In this document: piece by piece, positions 13,273 to 28,699 of the stretch
Position numbering within the stretch: position 1 is the first letter of the stretch
How the letters are laid out: every line of letters begins with the position of its first letter
Origin: Nymphaea colorata
Taxonomy: Eukaryota
NCBI RefSeq assembly: GCF_008831285.2
Contig: NC_045138.2
Coordinates: 27,776,001-27,840,000 of the forward strand
Direction of reading: 5' to 3'
Length of the DNA: 64,000 nucleotides
The notes under the pieces: generated by a model
Told to the model about the DNA's origin: nothing
Seen by the model: only the letters and a program-made list of their open reading frames with translations
Database searches by the model: none
Position numbers and translations under genes: made by a program

Positions 13273-16200
13273 TCGCCATGCCCTTCCATGGAACCATCGT
13301 GACCCTTTTTTTGTTTTCAAATCATGGGAAACGCGGGGATCTTGCACGAGTGCGTGGACTCATCGACTGGTAGGACGATGGCAAGGACTCATTTCGATTA
13401 TCAGATTCCACCAGCCAGTGCTTAGAAAAAGGAAATTGTGTTCTAAGCATCTATCCAGAAATTAGAAGTCACAGTTAAAAAAAAAAGTTTCAAAGGAAAA
13501 AAAAAAGTTTCAAAAGACGTAGCATAGCAAGTCGGGTAGGCAAGTGCATGGAAAGTGGTAAGTGGGAGTTTTCTCTTGATGTTGTCGTTGTAAACCATGC
13601 TGGTTGGAGATCATTACCAGAGCATTACTACTGAATGGGAGCACCCATTAAGTAATCTTCTCCTTGGTACATAACAAGTTATTGTCAACCTAAAGGCGCA
13701 AAAAATTCTTGACCATTGGATGTTACAGTCGAAACCTTTGCATATTATGCACCTCACTATAAATCCTGAGTGAATCAGCAAGAAGATAAAATAAATGAAA
13801 ACATACTGAGTCTCCGTGTTAGGTGCCTGGTACAGGCAACAAAGATACCAATTTTAATTCAATAAGGAAAATTATAAGATATGAACCTTCCAAATTCAAG
13901 CACTGCAACTTTTCAGCGATGAAAGTGATATTGGAATCAACAAAAGGAGAAACGAGGCCTTCAAATCCGTGGCCAGTGTGAAACTTTCTCTATAACAAGC
14001 AGTTGATGCTTTCTATTATGTGTTAGGATTGGGCAAATGCAACATCGTCTTCCTTCATTCCACCAGCGAAGGGCTCTTCCCCGCACAGATGAAGCTTCAT
14101 TCTAAAGGGTTGTTCCATACACTGATAAAGCTTCATGTCGTGAGAAACAGACTGAGTAGATATTCGCTGGTCCTTACCTTTGAGCTGTATTAGAGGGGAA
14201 CTTTGTAGCATCTGCAAATCCCATTTCTGAAGATTTTACCACGACAGTGATTCAATCCATTGTAGCGAAGATTAGACATCCCACCTCAAAAAAAATATAC
14301 TAACATCAATTAGATCACGCCTTGATCAAAATCAATGCTGCCAAGAGTTGAGAAACAAAAATTTTACAGATTTTGGATTGTTAACTCTGCCTGATCGAAA
14401 GGTGATACCAATCTCATTAAACTCTGGAATACTTGGATTAATGGGTGTTCAATTTTGAACAATGGGCAACACAGCAAAGCTAGGTGCTTCCTTGACAAAT
14501 ATTCAGACCCAGGCGTAACTTTTTGTACCCAAAATTCTATTTGTAACTCACAGAAAAGTTATCCCACAAGATATCCTATTTTCAAAAGCACATACATTAT
14601 TTTTATAGGGAGCTAATGACTTCGAGCAAAAGAACAAAATGATGATTTAAATAGGAAAGAAATGCATGTGTGATCATGCGGGACAGTTTGGAGGCGTAGA
14701 TAATTGAAAAAGTTGGCCATGGAAGTACTTACCTACGTGGTCATGCCAAAATTTAGGAGACAAATTTCCAAAGTTCTAATGTTTATATTTGTCTGTTACA
14801 CCTGAATTCCAAGATTCACATTTCAAATGGGAACCTTAAGCTCTTGTGGTCCTTTAAACAGTCACGGGTGCACGATTCAAATACGCAAGGTATTGCAGGA
14901 ATAATAATGTGAATCACTTACAGGTGGGGAGCCCATAACATATTTCAAATGTGCAGTAGATTTCAGATTGCAGTGGTCGTAAGACCTTTCTCAAAATTCT
15001 TGAACGTCGTGAATGATGCACACACATTCTTTCTCTATATCATTGGACAAAGATTAAAGATTTGCAATGATCGAAATAATCAAAATGATGAATATGCATG
15101 CATGCATAATTTTCATTTTCAGAGTAGAGGGAATCGGGAACTCTCAATCACTTTGTTGCTCGACCTGTGAGAAATTAGGACTACTTCCGCATGGCAGGAT
15201 CTAACTTGGATCGTTTAAATGAAGTTCTAGATCCAGTTTAAATATGAGATACCAGAGCACTGGGGGAAGGGAAAGATTGACAGATTAGCATTCATTCCAA
15301 AACAGAAAAGATAACAGCAAGAATCAAAACAGGTCCCAGAATCCTTGGTCAAAATATGAGCTGAATTATATAATAAAGATGGTATGATTTCACGCCGTTT
15401 TTCTATTAGGTTTTATAAAAAACATTTTTCAACCATGAACAAAACTGCCGAAGATTCAATTTCTCCAAGTTTTTCCGCCACTGGATTGAATCGGTTTACT
15501 TCCGATTCAATTTGAATCGGGCCATGCCGGCCGATTCTGATCAAAAGAGAAAACGTTGGGAGGTCATCCCCTTGGTGAGATGATTTACATCATCCAGAAT
15601 GTGAGCTCATGATCTCCTTTTACGTCTTTATGCTCTTGATTTAAGCACTTGGTTTTACTATGAACATTTTACAGAACTGAAGTCAAGTTCCATGTCTGCT
15701 ACCATCTGCTTGGACCTTTTCCTCCAAAACATGGTGGCACAAGCTCGCTTAGGTATTTCACTTTGGGAAGCGGGACCTTGACTTAAGTGTTCTTTGTTTC
15801 AACCAATTCAAAAAAGACTTATAAAAGGTTTTTTCCATTTTCAATTAATGCATATTTTTCATTTAATTTATCAAAAATAGTTTTTAACATATTTTTTCTG
15901 CATGTTCACAACCCACTCAAGCAGATTTGCCAGATCAGCAGCTTCACAACAATGAAAGAAAGAGACAACAAAAATAAGATCGCCATGCTTAATTTTAGAA
16001 TCCTATAGAACCAGTTGGGAACTGTGACATTATGGCACTATCTCATGTATTTAATTTAAAAATTGATTAGATTCATTGGATACTTTCAAGTAGAAACATA
16101 GGGTTACTGTTCCCAAACAGCGCATATGAGATCCGTTGACAATGGAAATAGTAACAAACTGTTGCATATAACAACGACCCCTACAAACCCTAATCCACAA

Positions 16201-18840
16201 TGCCTTCAATCTTCATTTCATCTTGGAACTGCAGTCAGCTAAGAACTAGTCGATCCTTTTTTCCCTCTTTGTGCATCATAATTTCCACTCACCAAATTTT
16301 CACATTAAAAAAAAAAAATAAAGCAAAAAACGAAAGGTCTAGATTTTAAGAAGTCATATGAGGGTTTAGTTGGGAGTCATTTTCTCGAGATTTAACACTG
16401 TGCGTCCCCATTTATTCACTTGCTTGTCGTTTTTCTCCCCATTTCTTTCTGAATTCATGAAGTGACATTGGAACTTATCTAAAACCCTAATCACTGATCA
16501 ATAATGCATCTACGAACTGTCTAATTGATAAATGATGTGCAAAATGTTGCCAAGCTAAAGGACAAAGACTGGTCCATTCGCATATATATATATATATATA
16601 TATAATGGTGACTCTAAAACTAATGGATACCTAAAGCACCAAAGCTAGTTTGTCTCATTCATTCGATAAACAGTTAAAAGACAAACAAGAAGAAAAAAGT
16701 GGTAGGTATTTTTTGTTATACACTTGCAGTTCACACATTTTTCTCTTTTTTTTTTCCTCAATCGTTCATCAAATAGATCAAACGGTATATGTTTGGTGTC
16801 CGTTGATGTCAATTAGTTATATATATATATATATATATGTTTGGCGTCGGGGTCTGTAGGTGCTTAGATATATATACACACACCTGGTTTGGCTTTTGGG
16901 TAGGGAAGCAAACAAGTCGGATTTAACTAAACTAAGCACCTACAGATCGGATAAATGGACCTTGTACAACTAAATAGAGAAAAAGCAGACTAACGATAAT
17001 ATATAGATCGATTGGTTTGCCTCTCCAATTTTGGACATATCATTCAAATCAAAAGGCAACAGACGCCTAGTTTTCCGTTTTATAGAGGAAGAATTGTGAG
17101 CACTGTCCGTTTCGTGGAGGAGAAAATGACCTCCGGAAAAGACTTCAAAAGCCTCACTGTGAATCAGTAATCGAGTACGATTTGCATTGACAAGAAATTA
17201 AAAATATGTTTCTTCAAGACATATTGCGTCTCGCACAGGCGATAAGGTTTCGTTTTTTTTCAGTTGCAACTGGCAGCATTTCCAATGGCTTCATATGACC
17301 TGAATTTTCAACCGTCCAGTAGTTCGAGAAGAGCTAAATCAAACAAGACCAGAAACCACGGATTCTGCTCTGATCGTTAATTATAAAACAATCAGAAACG
17401 GGAAAGATAATAGTATTTTCACACACAGTTTACAAATATAGCTAGCTTGCTGGTTTTAGTTTTTCTTGAGAAGCTTTAAAAATGTAAAAAAAAAAGTGTG
17501 AAAATAAAAGATACAGTAATAGAAAATGCAAAAAAAAAAAGCAACAAACGTGCCATTATAGACCTTTTTTGGAATTTTTTTTTCATTTTGTCGTTTTTTC
17601 AAAATGACGGGACTTTTTATAGTTTTATAGGACTGACTTATTTTTGAAGCATTAGACAGATTTTTTTTTTTGAAAAAAATGATTTTCCGTTGCTTTCACC
17701 AAAATCAACTGTCGGGGAGGTTCCTTTTTTGATCTAAACATAATTCAATGTATCTTTTTTATTTTATTTTATTTTATGTATCAAAACAGTGTTGTACTAA
17801 TCGCTGACTATATGTATGTATATATAAAATTGCATTTGGTTTGAGAATGTGGAATGGGTAGTATTGTCGGTGCGCTTCCAACTGCATGAATTAATGAAAC
17901 TTTACACATGAATGGCCCATTAACCATGAAATCAGAAGCGAACATCCTTTTTCTTGGGGGCACAAGGAAGGTGGAGAACATATTAACCAAATGTATTATA
18001 GCATTTCATGATGAATCTGTTACGAGTACACTGTTCCTTTGGCCGTCTCCCTCAAAATAATTGTATTATCAAAACTTTTTTCGTCTCAATTCTCGACCTT
18101 TTACTCCCCTTCGTTGAGTTGAGTCCCATATAAAAAAGATATTGGCTTTCTTTGAGGCATTTGACAATTGAAAAGCAAAATCAAGTCTGTCATTTAGATG
18201 GCCAATTCATGGTGCCATTTTAGAACTATTATATTTTTGCAAATAACTTAACAGTTTTCGTTCTTAGAATATGTTTATATTTACATATTTAGGTTTTTTT
18301 TTTTCAACAAACGAATTTTTAATAAGTTTTGCCAGTTCACAGCCATTTCAGCTCAAATGATACACATAGCGTGCGGTGCTGGGGATGAAATGACAAAAAT
18401 ACCCTTGACTGTAAATGATGAAGACCCTGTTAGAGCATAATGAAATCGAAAAAAATGAAAATGAAAAGGCAGAACACAGGTTGCTTTGTTGGCGGCTTAG
18501 CAGTGGAGCCAGAAAATTTTGTGGAGGGACACTGATTCACAAAGTTTTTATATGTGAAAGGGCACTCACATATATAATAGAATAAATATTTGAATACCTT
18601 AATGTAAAAAACAAAATAAAATTGATGTGCGGGTGTGGGCAATTGCCCACACCAACCTACATGTGGTTAACAAAAGTCAAGTGTGCTTGTATTATTCCAT
18701 CAAAATGTTTGCATGGTTTTGTTAAATTTCCATAAAAAATTTTGAATAGTGAGATTTTGGTCTGTTAAATAAGTTATATAGAAACTAATTTGTTTTTATC
18801 GGCTAACCAAAAGCCTCATATTACAGATAAACATATTTAA

Positions 18841-19124
18841 GGCTCATTTGGCAACTGGAACAATTTGTCACTATTTCATGAACTTGTCCTAATAATTGGA
18901 GCGGAATTATAAAACTTTTTTTAACATGTTCCATGAATTTACCTCAATTTTGAAGCTATACTAATAGAAAAGTTACATACTGTTGTTTGCCAAATAAACC
19001 TCAACGGGTAGTTTAATCTACTTCAAAAAATGACATAGATTCATAAAACACTGTAACAAGTATAACATGAATCTGTCCTTTTTTTTTTTTTTGTGTATTC
19101 ATGAAATTGTTGCCAAACAGCCCC
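18841..19124. mobile_element. Tourist/PIF-Harbinger-like MITE
   Basis: Imperfect TIRs ggctcatttggcaac / gttgccaaacagcccc flanked by TAA/TTA. Confidence 0.55.
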
Positions 19125-22100
19125 TTAAAGATATCCACATAAAGATTTTGTGATCAGCCCAGCACCTAAACTTTCTCTATTGGTAAATTAAAAAGATCTA
19201 TAAATTCATCTTTCTCATGTCATTTGCTAGTTTATTGAAAATAATGGTAGCTTGGCCTTGAGAAGAGGACATATGAGGGTATACCTAATTTTGTGAATAC
19301 GCTTAGCTTTGTCCTGCCTAACTTTCTAGCATCAATTAACAAGATCACTTAGATACGAATAGAAAAAGGGTCGCCAAGCAGACACATTTAAATATGTGCT
19401 GATACTATTGACTATGGTCAAGGAGGCTAATACAAACTAATGGATATAGAAAATACTTTACCTCATGCATTTTTCTAACAATATAAATACTTGGGTCTGT
19501 TTTTTATTATTGCCTGAACTTTAGATGTGTTTCTGAAAAATCTTTTATATTTATTCTAACTTGGCACCTCTCATTATTGTGAGTTAGAGGTATTACTTTG
19601 AGACACCAAAGCAGTTCTAGACCCTGGAATGATGGACATGGACGAAAAAATCACTCGAATGGTAAGATTTCTAGAACAGAAGTATTCCATGAAATACAAA
19701 TCAAACAGTGGTCCGTGATTAAAAACAAATTCGATCGCTTGATTCAATGTCAAAAGCACCATAATTTACAATCAAACACCTTTAAAATGAGCAAAAGAGA
19801 AACCACCAGAGCTTTAGTTCGGCCCCTGGTTTCGGGCACATCTTTGTCCGTGCTTCAATGATGTTCCTTCATAACCAATGGCGAGAAGCAGCGGGACGGC
19901 CTATCGAATTGGCATCGAAGGGACGGAAATAAACACACGGTTTTACTCATGAAACCACTGGTTTTTATATTTGATGCTCTCACCTTTTGCATCAATCGAG
20001 CATAAAATTCCAATGAGAAATGGAAGTAGTGGTCAGTGATGAACGATAAAGGTCTCCAACAAGTACCATCATCATGTGAATTGAGAAAAAAGATAAACCT
20101 GACCTTGACTTTGGTGAAAAGGACTCGCCTTCCTCTTCAATGTTTTACAAGTTTTGTGAACATAATTGGAAGATGACATAGAAAAATACGTGGGTTTTCT
20201 CTTTTTTTTTTTAATTAAGAAATAGAAATTTGAAAAACAAATATAGAATGCGTTAAATAATAAAAGTAAGGTGAAAAATAGAAAAAAAAGAAGAAGGAAA
20301 GTCGACTATGAAGCTAAGATAAATCAACGGAGAAGCGAGTTTTCATCTGGAGTGAAACAAGCTTCCTATAAGATGAGAAAAGTGTTTGATCTCCAACCTC
20401 TCCGTTCTGAAAGAGGCGTCAGGCTTCATATTCTAGAAAAGTGCTCGAAAAAGCAAAAGTGAATTTTACCACCAAGTAAAAGTTTATGGCGACCTGGCTT
20501 CTTAGTTGTTACCGTTTACTATTGTTGATAAAAAAGGAGTATTGCTAAATGAGCTCCTTCTTATGGTTGTATTAAAAACGGTGACTCATCGTGTCGGATT
20601 TTGCAGAATAGCGCCCATCCGGTTTGTTAATCCTCCTATTACAGTTAGTGTCTAACAGCTAGCTGGGGAAAATGATCTTTATGTTTATCCGCAGAGACAA
20701 ACTTATTGGGAAAAAAAATTGGAAAAAATGACTTACTCTAGTTAGGGGAGCCAGCAGGGCCTTAATCCCCGTTTGAGATTTTAAAACTTTAAAAATTTAT
20801 ATGTAAATTTTAAAAAATCTTAAGTTAACATATACAAAAAATTTAAAAATTTTTATTTCGGCCTTTGTTAAAATTTTGAAATTATAGTTTGACTCCTCCA
20901 CCTGGTAACTCTAATCATTATACACCTCAGATCATGTGTCTTATGGACAAACTTGCATGAATCCAAGAAAACGCGGATTTTCTTCCAGAAAAACCTGTTA
21001 CTAATGGATATGGTTGATTGTTTCTCATTTTACATGGAAAAAGTGTTATTATTTACCTGAAAATATGGCATTATGTTCTAGAGGCACATGTTTCTAGAAC
21101 ACATAATTTAAAAATAATACATTCGCTTTGTAGAAAATATGATGTGTTTATGCATGTCGTCTTTAGGTTGAACAACGAAACGCTGTCAAAATCATACCAT
21201 GTTTCTTAAAACAAAAATATAGTGTTTTTGTAACATAAGAACGTAATGTTTTCATATTGTAAAAGATGCTCCACGATAACATTTTTTACTCGTTAGTAAG
21301 AAAGATGCACATATGAGCATGAGATTGAATTTATTTTATTCGCAGTTCATTAAGAGAACGCATGGAGCATGTGCGCATGCGACATTTTCAAAATTTCTTC
21401 ATCCACATAAGTAAACAATTTGGAGGCGTTTGATAGTCTCGGATTCGATATCTCAAGTGATTTGAGATAATTGAGAATCTCATATCCACGGATTTAAATG
21501 AAGGTCAGGGTCTCCCTCTTATCCAACAACAACTCTGAGGTTTTGGCTGTAAGTTGAGGATCTCAAATCCGCTTTTTTACGTAGCGGCAAAATCTAATCT
21601 AGTGTTTGTTTACATTATAGGTCCCATATATATAAACAGGATCTTCGATCAGCTTTGATTCTCAAAGACAAATTTTTTCAGTAGTATCTACTAGCTAACG
21701 ACTTTAAACCTATCACTGAAAGGAGTCGAGGGAAGGGCGGAGGCTTCGGCTCTCAACTAGTCGGTAGAATGAAATATTTCTTTCTATTATTCACACGAAA
21801 GACTTTAAAACCTATCGTTTTGTTGTCTAAAATTTTCCTTACTCAGGGCTCACCTCAATTAGCAAAACAAGATAAGCATTAATACCACGATTTTGCAAAA
21901 ATTTTGAAGAACGCAAGTAAAAATTTTGGAAAAGTAGGACAGTTCGGCCATAATAATACGTGGTAAAAACAACTGCACAAACAAAAATGAGACGTAGCAT
22001 GATGGAGGTTTTATCTTATCTTAATTCAACTAATATTTTCTCTATATAAAATCAAAACTTCTTCCGAAAGCTGACAAAAAAGTTCATAGCGCCACAAGTC

Positions 22101-22948
22101 AATCTTGTGGAGGCCCCTTAATGTTGTTGCTAATAATAAGCTAAGTTCTTTGAATTTTCCATGAGGGCAGAAAACTCGCATAACAGGCCAAATAGATGAA
22201 GATACACTTGGACGGACAATCCTCGAGTGTCACAAATCAATGGAACACATATCAACTCATCGTAATCTTAACGTAACATGGAAAATTGATTAATTAGGTG
22301 ATCATATCCATGCATGGAAAGATATGCTATTGTTCTCATTCGAGAAAAAGATATGCTACTACTGTTAGGCACCCTAAGGATTTCGTATCACTTTTCTTAG
22401 CGTTTCTTTTGACTTCATTCAATATTTTTGAGCAATCGAAATGTTTAATTTGGTCGCCCTACTGTGATTGACAAATTCAATCACAGCGGCTTTGAATTTA
22501 GTAAGCTTCCTATAGTTATGCACTTTAAAGCAGTCTCATTCGAAAAATATTTGTATATGCAAACATTTGATTTTTCACTTGAACCTAAAATAACTAATGA
22601 AGAAGTGTCTTGTGTCTTGAATTGTAGACAAACCAAGATTTTATAATCTATATCAATATAAACTGTTGGGGAGTCAAAGGGCCGCCCTTCTCCCCACCTC
22701 ACAAAAATAAAACTTTGGACAAGAAATTTACATGTAAATGTTCTGACAGTTTCTAGCTTGGCTCCTATAAAATTTGTTGAGAAAATGAATGGGCTCTGTG
22801 AAAAAAATTCAAAGGTTTTATTTGATCGATTTCTTACAATGTTGAGAACATTGCTTGGTTTACTCATTTCATTTTTTCTGTTCAAACAAGTTTTACTTTT
22901 TAAAAGTTTGTTCTCCTCTCTTGTTAAGGGGAGGAGCCGAGTAAAGGG

Positions 22949-22970
22949 CCACACACACACACACACACAG

Positions 22971-23016
<46 letters not shown>

Positions 23017-23018
23017 CC
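22949..23018. repeat. Self-complementary compound microsatellite (CA)n-(TA)n-(TG)n
   Basis: Read directly from the sequence. It lies inside a MITE-like segment bounded by aggggaggagcc (~22927) and gcttcgcccttg (~23069). Confidence 0.9.
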
Positions 23019-25592
23019 ATTGAGCGGTTCTGTCTCCTCCCCAAGACAAAAATTTTAGCTTCGCCCTTGCAATTTGAGATCTTACAATCAAGAACATGTC
23101 GGACATACTTCTAGAAATTTTCTTGTATAATTTCAGGGCATTATGGGTGTTCAACTAAGGTATTTAATTAATCACTAGACATCATGTCGCCATTATGAAT
23201 CCTGGTCTCATTGAAATGGGGTCCGCCTTATACGTCATACTTGTTCATTTTTCCTTTTTAGAGACCTTGCACTCCTTGCCGTCATCTCCTCCTGGTCATT
23301 GCGAATATTTAGCGAACCCAGGCAAAACTGGGTCTGGCCCAATGGACCTAGCTAGACCAAGAATTGAGGGTTTCTCAAATGTCGTTTCTCTGGAGCATTC
23401 TTTCATGGCTGTCCTACCATATATATTCCATTGATGCAATAAAGCATGGCATCAAGAGTTGCATTGAGAAATGACTCTTGCATTTGCTATGTCAGTGGAA
23501 GAGCTACAAGCATGCCCTTTGCAAATGACAAAAGAACAAGAAAAGAGAAGGACCTTTTTTTGTTAAGATGCAAAGAATGCCCCTTCAATATTCTTTTGGA
23601 AAGACCCAAAAAATTCTCCCCCAAACAGACAAAAGATGTCAATCTCAATGAACAGATTGGGCTTCTTGAAGCTAGTTTCCAAATGGGCAGGACCTAATTT
23701 TGTTGTTTGCTTCCACATATGGGTCATCAACCAACTATAATTCTAACAAAAGCAAGATTCAAATCACAACGTTTCAGCACAAAATTCAGCTCGAAACCAC
23801 ACTAAAATGGAAGAAACGACAGAGGGATGCAGAACTATCAAGCATGTCGAATTAGGGTTTTAGGTGGTTGATTAGAAAAAGGAAAAAAAAAAAAAAGAAA
23901 AAGTTGGCGCAATCGATCAAGAATAAATATTGTTCATGTTGTTGTCATGGTTATTATTTTTTACTACTAGCAACAGCAGCGGCAGTTGCAAGATAGTCAA
24001 CCTGGAGTTAGGTAAACTTTCACTATACGTGTAATATTGCACATGGAGGGGCGACCAGAAAACAACCTTGTATGTAAAATATTTGCATTATCGATAGACA
24101 TAACAAATGCTGTTTAGATGCAGATTGTCACATTTAATGACCTGGGAATGCTTAATTTCACAACCTTTAGCATCGACATAGAGTTCAAAATGGATCACAG
24201 TGAAATGAGATTAGCAAACGGATCAGTCAAATAAGTTTTGTGCCATTGACATTCCTTGTTTAGATAGCAGAGACGAGGGAGGGTGCTCTTTCTGGCGAGC
24301 ATTGGATGTTCAAGGATTGAGACGCGATGAGTTTGAGTTTCCATAAGAATAAAATGGACACGATCGTAATGCATTAATAAAGCACGCCATGATCTATCTT
24401 CCTCTCTCCGAGGGGGTTGCCGCAACATATGAAGTGGGGCTCGTAGGCCAATCACTATTTCGAATTTCTGGGACATTGAGTATTTAAGCTGCAAAAGGAG
24501 GCTATCGACAAACAAGTTGATATATGGCAATAGTAGTAATGCTGAAGCACCGAAAGCAGACCATATACCTTAAGAGAATGAAGGGTTGGGCAGAGACTTC
24601 GACCTTTTTAATCTAGTGGTGGCTCACCACCCGTAATCGTGATCCATCTTCTTGAAATTAAATTTATGATGGGCTGCGACAAATTTCTGGCTATTCAAAT
24701 AGAAAATGCAAGGCATGATTAAAGGTACCATTAATAGTTGTAGCGCATCAACCATGAGCTTAAAGGGAAAAGAGGAAAAGCTTTGGGATTTGATGCACGC
24801 GTAAGATTTCTAGGTGCCAATTATTATCAAGTCAAGAAAGAGCACCAAATGTATGACAAAATTTGCTTGATTTAATTGTCTTGAGAGGATATAAAAGGGA
24901 AAAGGCATGCAGCTAGGAAAAGGACGATGTCATGTACAAGTTCTTTGCATTTTATGTTAAGATTTTCATAGCCAAACGTGAGACACATAGGCTTGTAAGT
25001 TTTTTTTTTTTTTTTTAACTATTAAAAGGAGAAAAGACAATTTTTTTGGGGCATCATTGAGTGACACCCTTAAGCATCTTTAAACATTAGATGTTTTTTT
25101 CTCTAATATGGTATTTAAGGCGTATTATGTGCTTTTCAATTCAATGTGGCGATGTAAAGACCTTATGAATAAAAAAATATAGAAACACCAAATAAAATGA
25201 AAGTAGAAGTTTGAAATCCTGGGGCGAGGGTTTTTGAGGCATTTAATCTCTTAAAAGAAGAGATAATGGTGCGGTCCTCTCATTTTCCTAGGCTCTGGCC
25301 CATTGGAGATTCCCCTTGTCCTTCTGCTCTGTTCATTTCATTTAACTCCACGAGTTGGGTTAAAAAAAAAAACGCGAAAAAGGACACCCCCGACACGTGA
25401 AAATTACTTTTAAAACACGGTTCTAACCTGTCACCAAAAGCAAAGAAAAAAAAAAGGAAGAACGGCAATGCACGGTTCTTATCCGTTTTACCTTCTTACA
25501 CTTCTTTTTAACCCCTTACAAATAATATCTATACTCTCACCAATACATTATATACACCAACTTATAGGGCAGGATACCCTTTATCTTAAAGC

Positions 25593-25846
25593 TAGGCATT
25601 TGGCCTAAACCGATGTGATAAGAAGTCGGACTTATGTGTGACGACCGGGCCCAACTTTGTATGATCCAGCCTGAGGCCTAGCCCGATTACATTACAATAA
25701 AAAAATATGTTTTTATATAATTTAATTTCTATAATTAATTACAATGATATATATATATAAATAAAATATTATTGAAATAACTTATGAAGTCGATTTGAGT
25801 TTTGCCCAATTGTCGAACACCTGTCGGGTATTTGGCCCAATGCCTA
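25593..25846. mobile_element. Putative MITE
   Basis: TIR-like ends taggcatttggcc / ggcccaatgccta (12 of 13 complementary) around an AT-rich core. No clear TSD. Confidence 0.4.
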
Positions 25847-27797
25847 CACTATATGGCTCAAGTCTGAAAGCAGCTCTAGACTCTGAAAGCAAGGGGCAAG
25901 AGGAGAGCCGCATCGGTCCCCTATTGAAAGGGGAGCACGTAAAATATGGTGGCTTGATCTCAATTTATTGGCTTAGAGATCACAATAATAGTTAGTTTAA
26001 TTGGCATAATTTGGATTTGGGTCTGCACTTCATGGAAAGGAAGGCGAGAGGTTGGACCGGGCCTGGTTCTTACCCGGTAGTATCGTTTCTTTTTGGTCCT
26101 GAAAATTTTTAATGATCGGAAATGATATCCGCTCGGTTGCATCGGGATACGAGTCTTAGTAGTTGTCCAAATCTGGTATGGCTGAGGAGCGCGTGGACGG
26201 TAGACGGATCCTACGAGTTTGAACTCGGTAGGGATGCCTGCATAATCGGTGACACATCTGGTCCCACTCAAGTTTAACAGAGTCACGTTATAGTTTCACC
26301 ATATTTTAGTCCGGGTGGACCCGGTCACACCTACTTCTCCGGTTCCGGATCTAGCGCAAGATCCAATTTATTTTCTGCTGAATCTTTGGAAAGGAATTGA
26401 CTAGAAAAACGATGGGCTACCAATCTGGAGACTCTCTCTCTCTCTCTTACATGCAAATGTAATGGAATGAATATTTGCATAATGCATAATGAAGGGGAGA
26501 CTTATCCCTTTTGATCCATGTTTTGTGGGAAGAGTTCGCAGAAGCCTATATAGGTTACAATTATTAGGCTTGTAATAGGTTCGGTAGCAGCCAAAATTGG
26601 GTCGTATTCATGTATACGCGGACTCCTATCTTTTGAGCAAATATTGGGCTGGTAAACATGGTGCGATGATGAATGTTATTCATATGTCCTACAATCAAAT
26701 GCTACTAGACATAATGTCACACGACACCATGATTCTCAAAATAAGTACATAAAATGTGTTCTAAGAACATAATGTTCTAAAAACATGGATAGTCGTGTTT
26801 GCTTGTCAAACATGAAATTGCGCTGACAAGAACATATGTCTTACCTTTGGAATAAACTTGACGCGTCGTATGCGTACAAGTGACTTGCAGAAGCTGGTTT
26901 CTATTGAAAGTTGCGAAAGAAAATCGATACTGTAAAATTATATCATTGTCTTACTCTTTTGAAAGCAGAAGGGCGGTCGATTTTGTGGAGATCTAGCAGG
27001 ATGAACTCTTGTTGTTTGAGCATGATTGTTGCATGTCGAGAAAAAATTGGAATTGAATCAATAATAAAAAAATGAATTAAGAATTGACAAAAAAATACAT
27101 GACAATAATAAAAAAAATAAATAAATAACCCTACAATTTTTCAACACTTTATGGCGTATGGCGCCTTGATATTGGACCACAAATTGAAATGACATGCTAC
27201 CAATTAGATTCAAACAGGCCAATTCGAATGACCTGATCCACAACAATAGCATATAACCGTTCGTGAGACAAATAATCTTTAGAAAATTAAATCAGGATAC
27301 GAATGAGAAAGTTTGCGAGTCTGGAGGCCAACAACAAGAAGCGTCGTTGGAGATGTTTGAATGAAGGACTTTCTTTCTTTTCTTAACAACAGCAGGACGG
27401 GAGAGACCCGAATGAGGAAGGAGAAAAGGCTTGTGGAGGGGACAGTCCAGTGCATCTTTTCGTTTGCTGCAAGCATGTAGTAGTTGTTGATGTTTTGTCC
27501 CATGGTTTTCGTGGTAAGCTGGTAGCGCCAAATGATATAATATACATTGAAACGTCTAGGTATGGAAGAGGGAGGGATGTTTTGTTTTGCCTCTTTTAAC
27601 GCAAAATTTAAGATGTGTTTGAGATACACCCAGTTTCAACAAAACAACTTTTACCAAAGTGAGTGAATCGTCTAGTCCCTTAGGCTTACCCCCAGTTTTT
27701 CACGTAAAACATTGTCTTAGTAGTCTCATCACCCAAGCGAATATACCATCTCTAGAAAACTCATACATGATTGTACAAATCTTATTTTAATGAAATA

Positions 27798-27835
<38 letters not shown>

Positions 27836-28699
27836 TATTTATTTATTTGAAGGTGTCATCCAAATGCAACCTTAAAAAGGTAATGCAACAAATTTTAGAG
27901 TGTAGCGCAACCAGCTTGGTACATTGACTGGTAGGTAGCTAGTCCCACTGGGGTGTTAACACTTCTGTTCTAAAGAGAAGGAAGTGATGTACATGTTTGA
28001 ATGCAGCTCACAACCACTTTGATACCAACGTAGCTCTGTAGGCCGAAAAGAAAGGAAATTTGATTGGTAAGATGAAATACTCCATTTTGATATCGCAGTA
28101 GCTTTGGACATTGTAAGCGAAAAAGAAAGAAAATTTGATTTAATACTCATCCATTGAAAGAGAAATCTTACGTCCAATTAGATAAACGATTCATCCAAGC
28201 CACAAGAACATTGAAAGAAGCCGAGAAACAGTTCTTTTTTTAAGGCAACATAAGCATTTGGGATGATATTAGAAAGCAGGAAGCTGACATTTCGCTGCCA
28301 TCGTTGATCGGCTAAAATCTTCGGCATCGATCGGAAAATTTCCGACAGCAAAAAGGGTTTTGGCTCTTGCGCATCGAAAGGCGCACAAAAAAAAGTACCG
28401 TGACGGCTCATGGGACTAATTGGACTTCGGATCCCACCAAAACTGAAAAGACAAATCCATTGTACCCGCTATCGAGAAATCTAAGTCCCCTCTGTCCGGC
28501 GGTCACATGCCACCCAACGCAAAACTCCAAGAAGCTCGGCACGGAATCTGAACCCTCCCCCCAACAGGGTCCACAATAAAATCCAACCCGACCCGACCCG
28601 AATCATAAATGCCCGGGCACCAGACTATCGTACACGAAGCGTAGCTCGCCAACCCCGAGGCCGAAAATATAAAAAGAAAATAAAAAAAAAAGGGGAGCG

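Noticed and set aside
22481..23154. 187-aa and 118-aa ORFs
   Set aside because: They run through microsatellite and MITE sequence (THTH/IYIY/VCVC); not protein-like.
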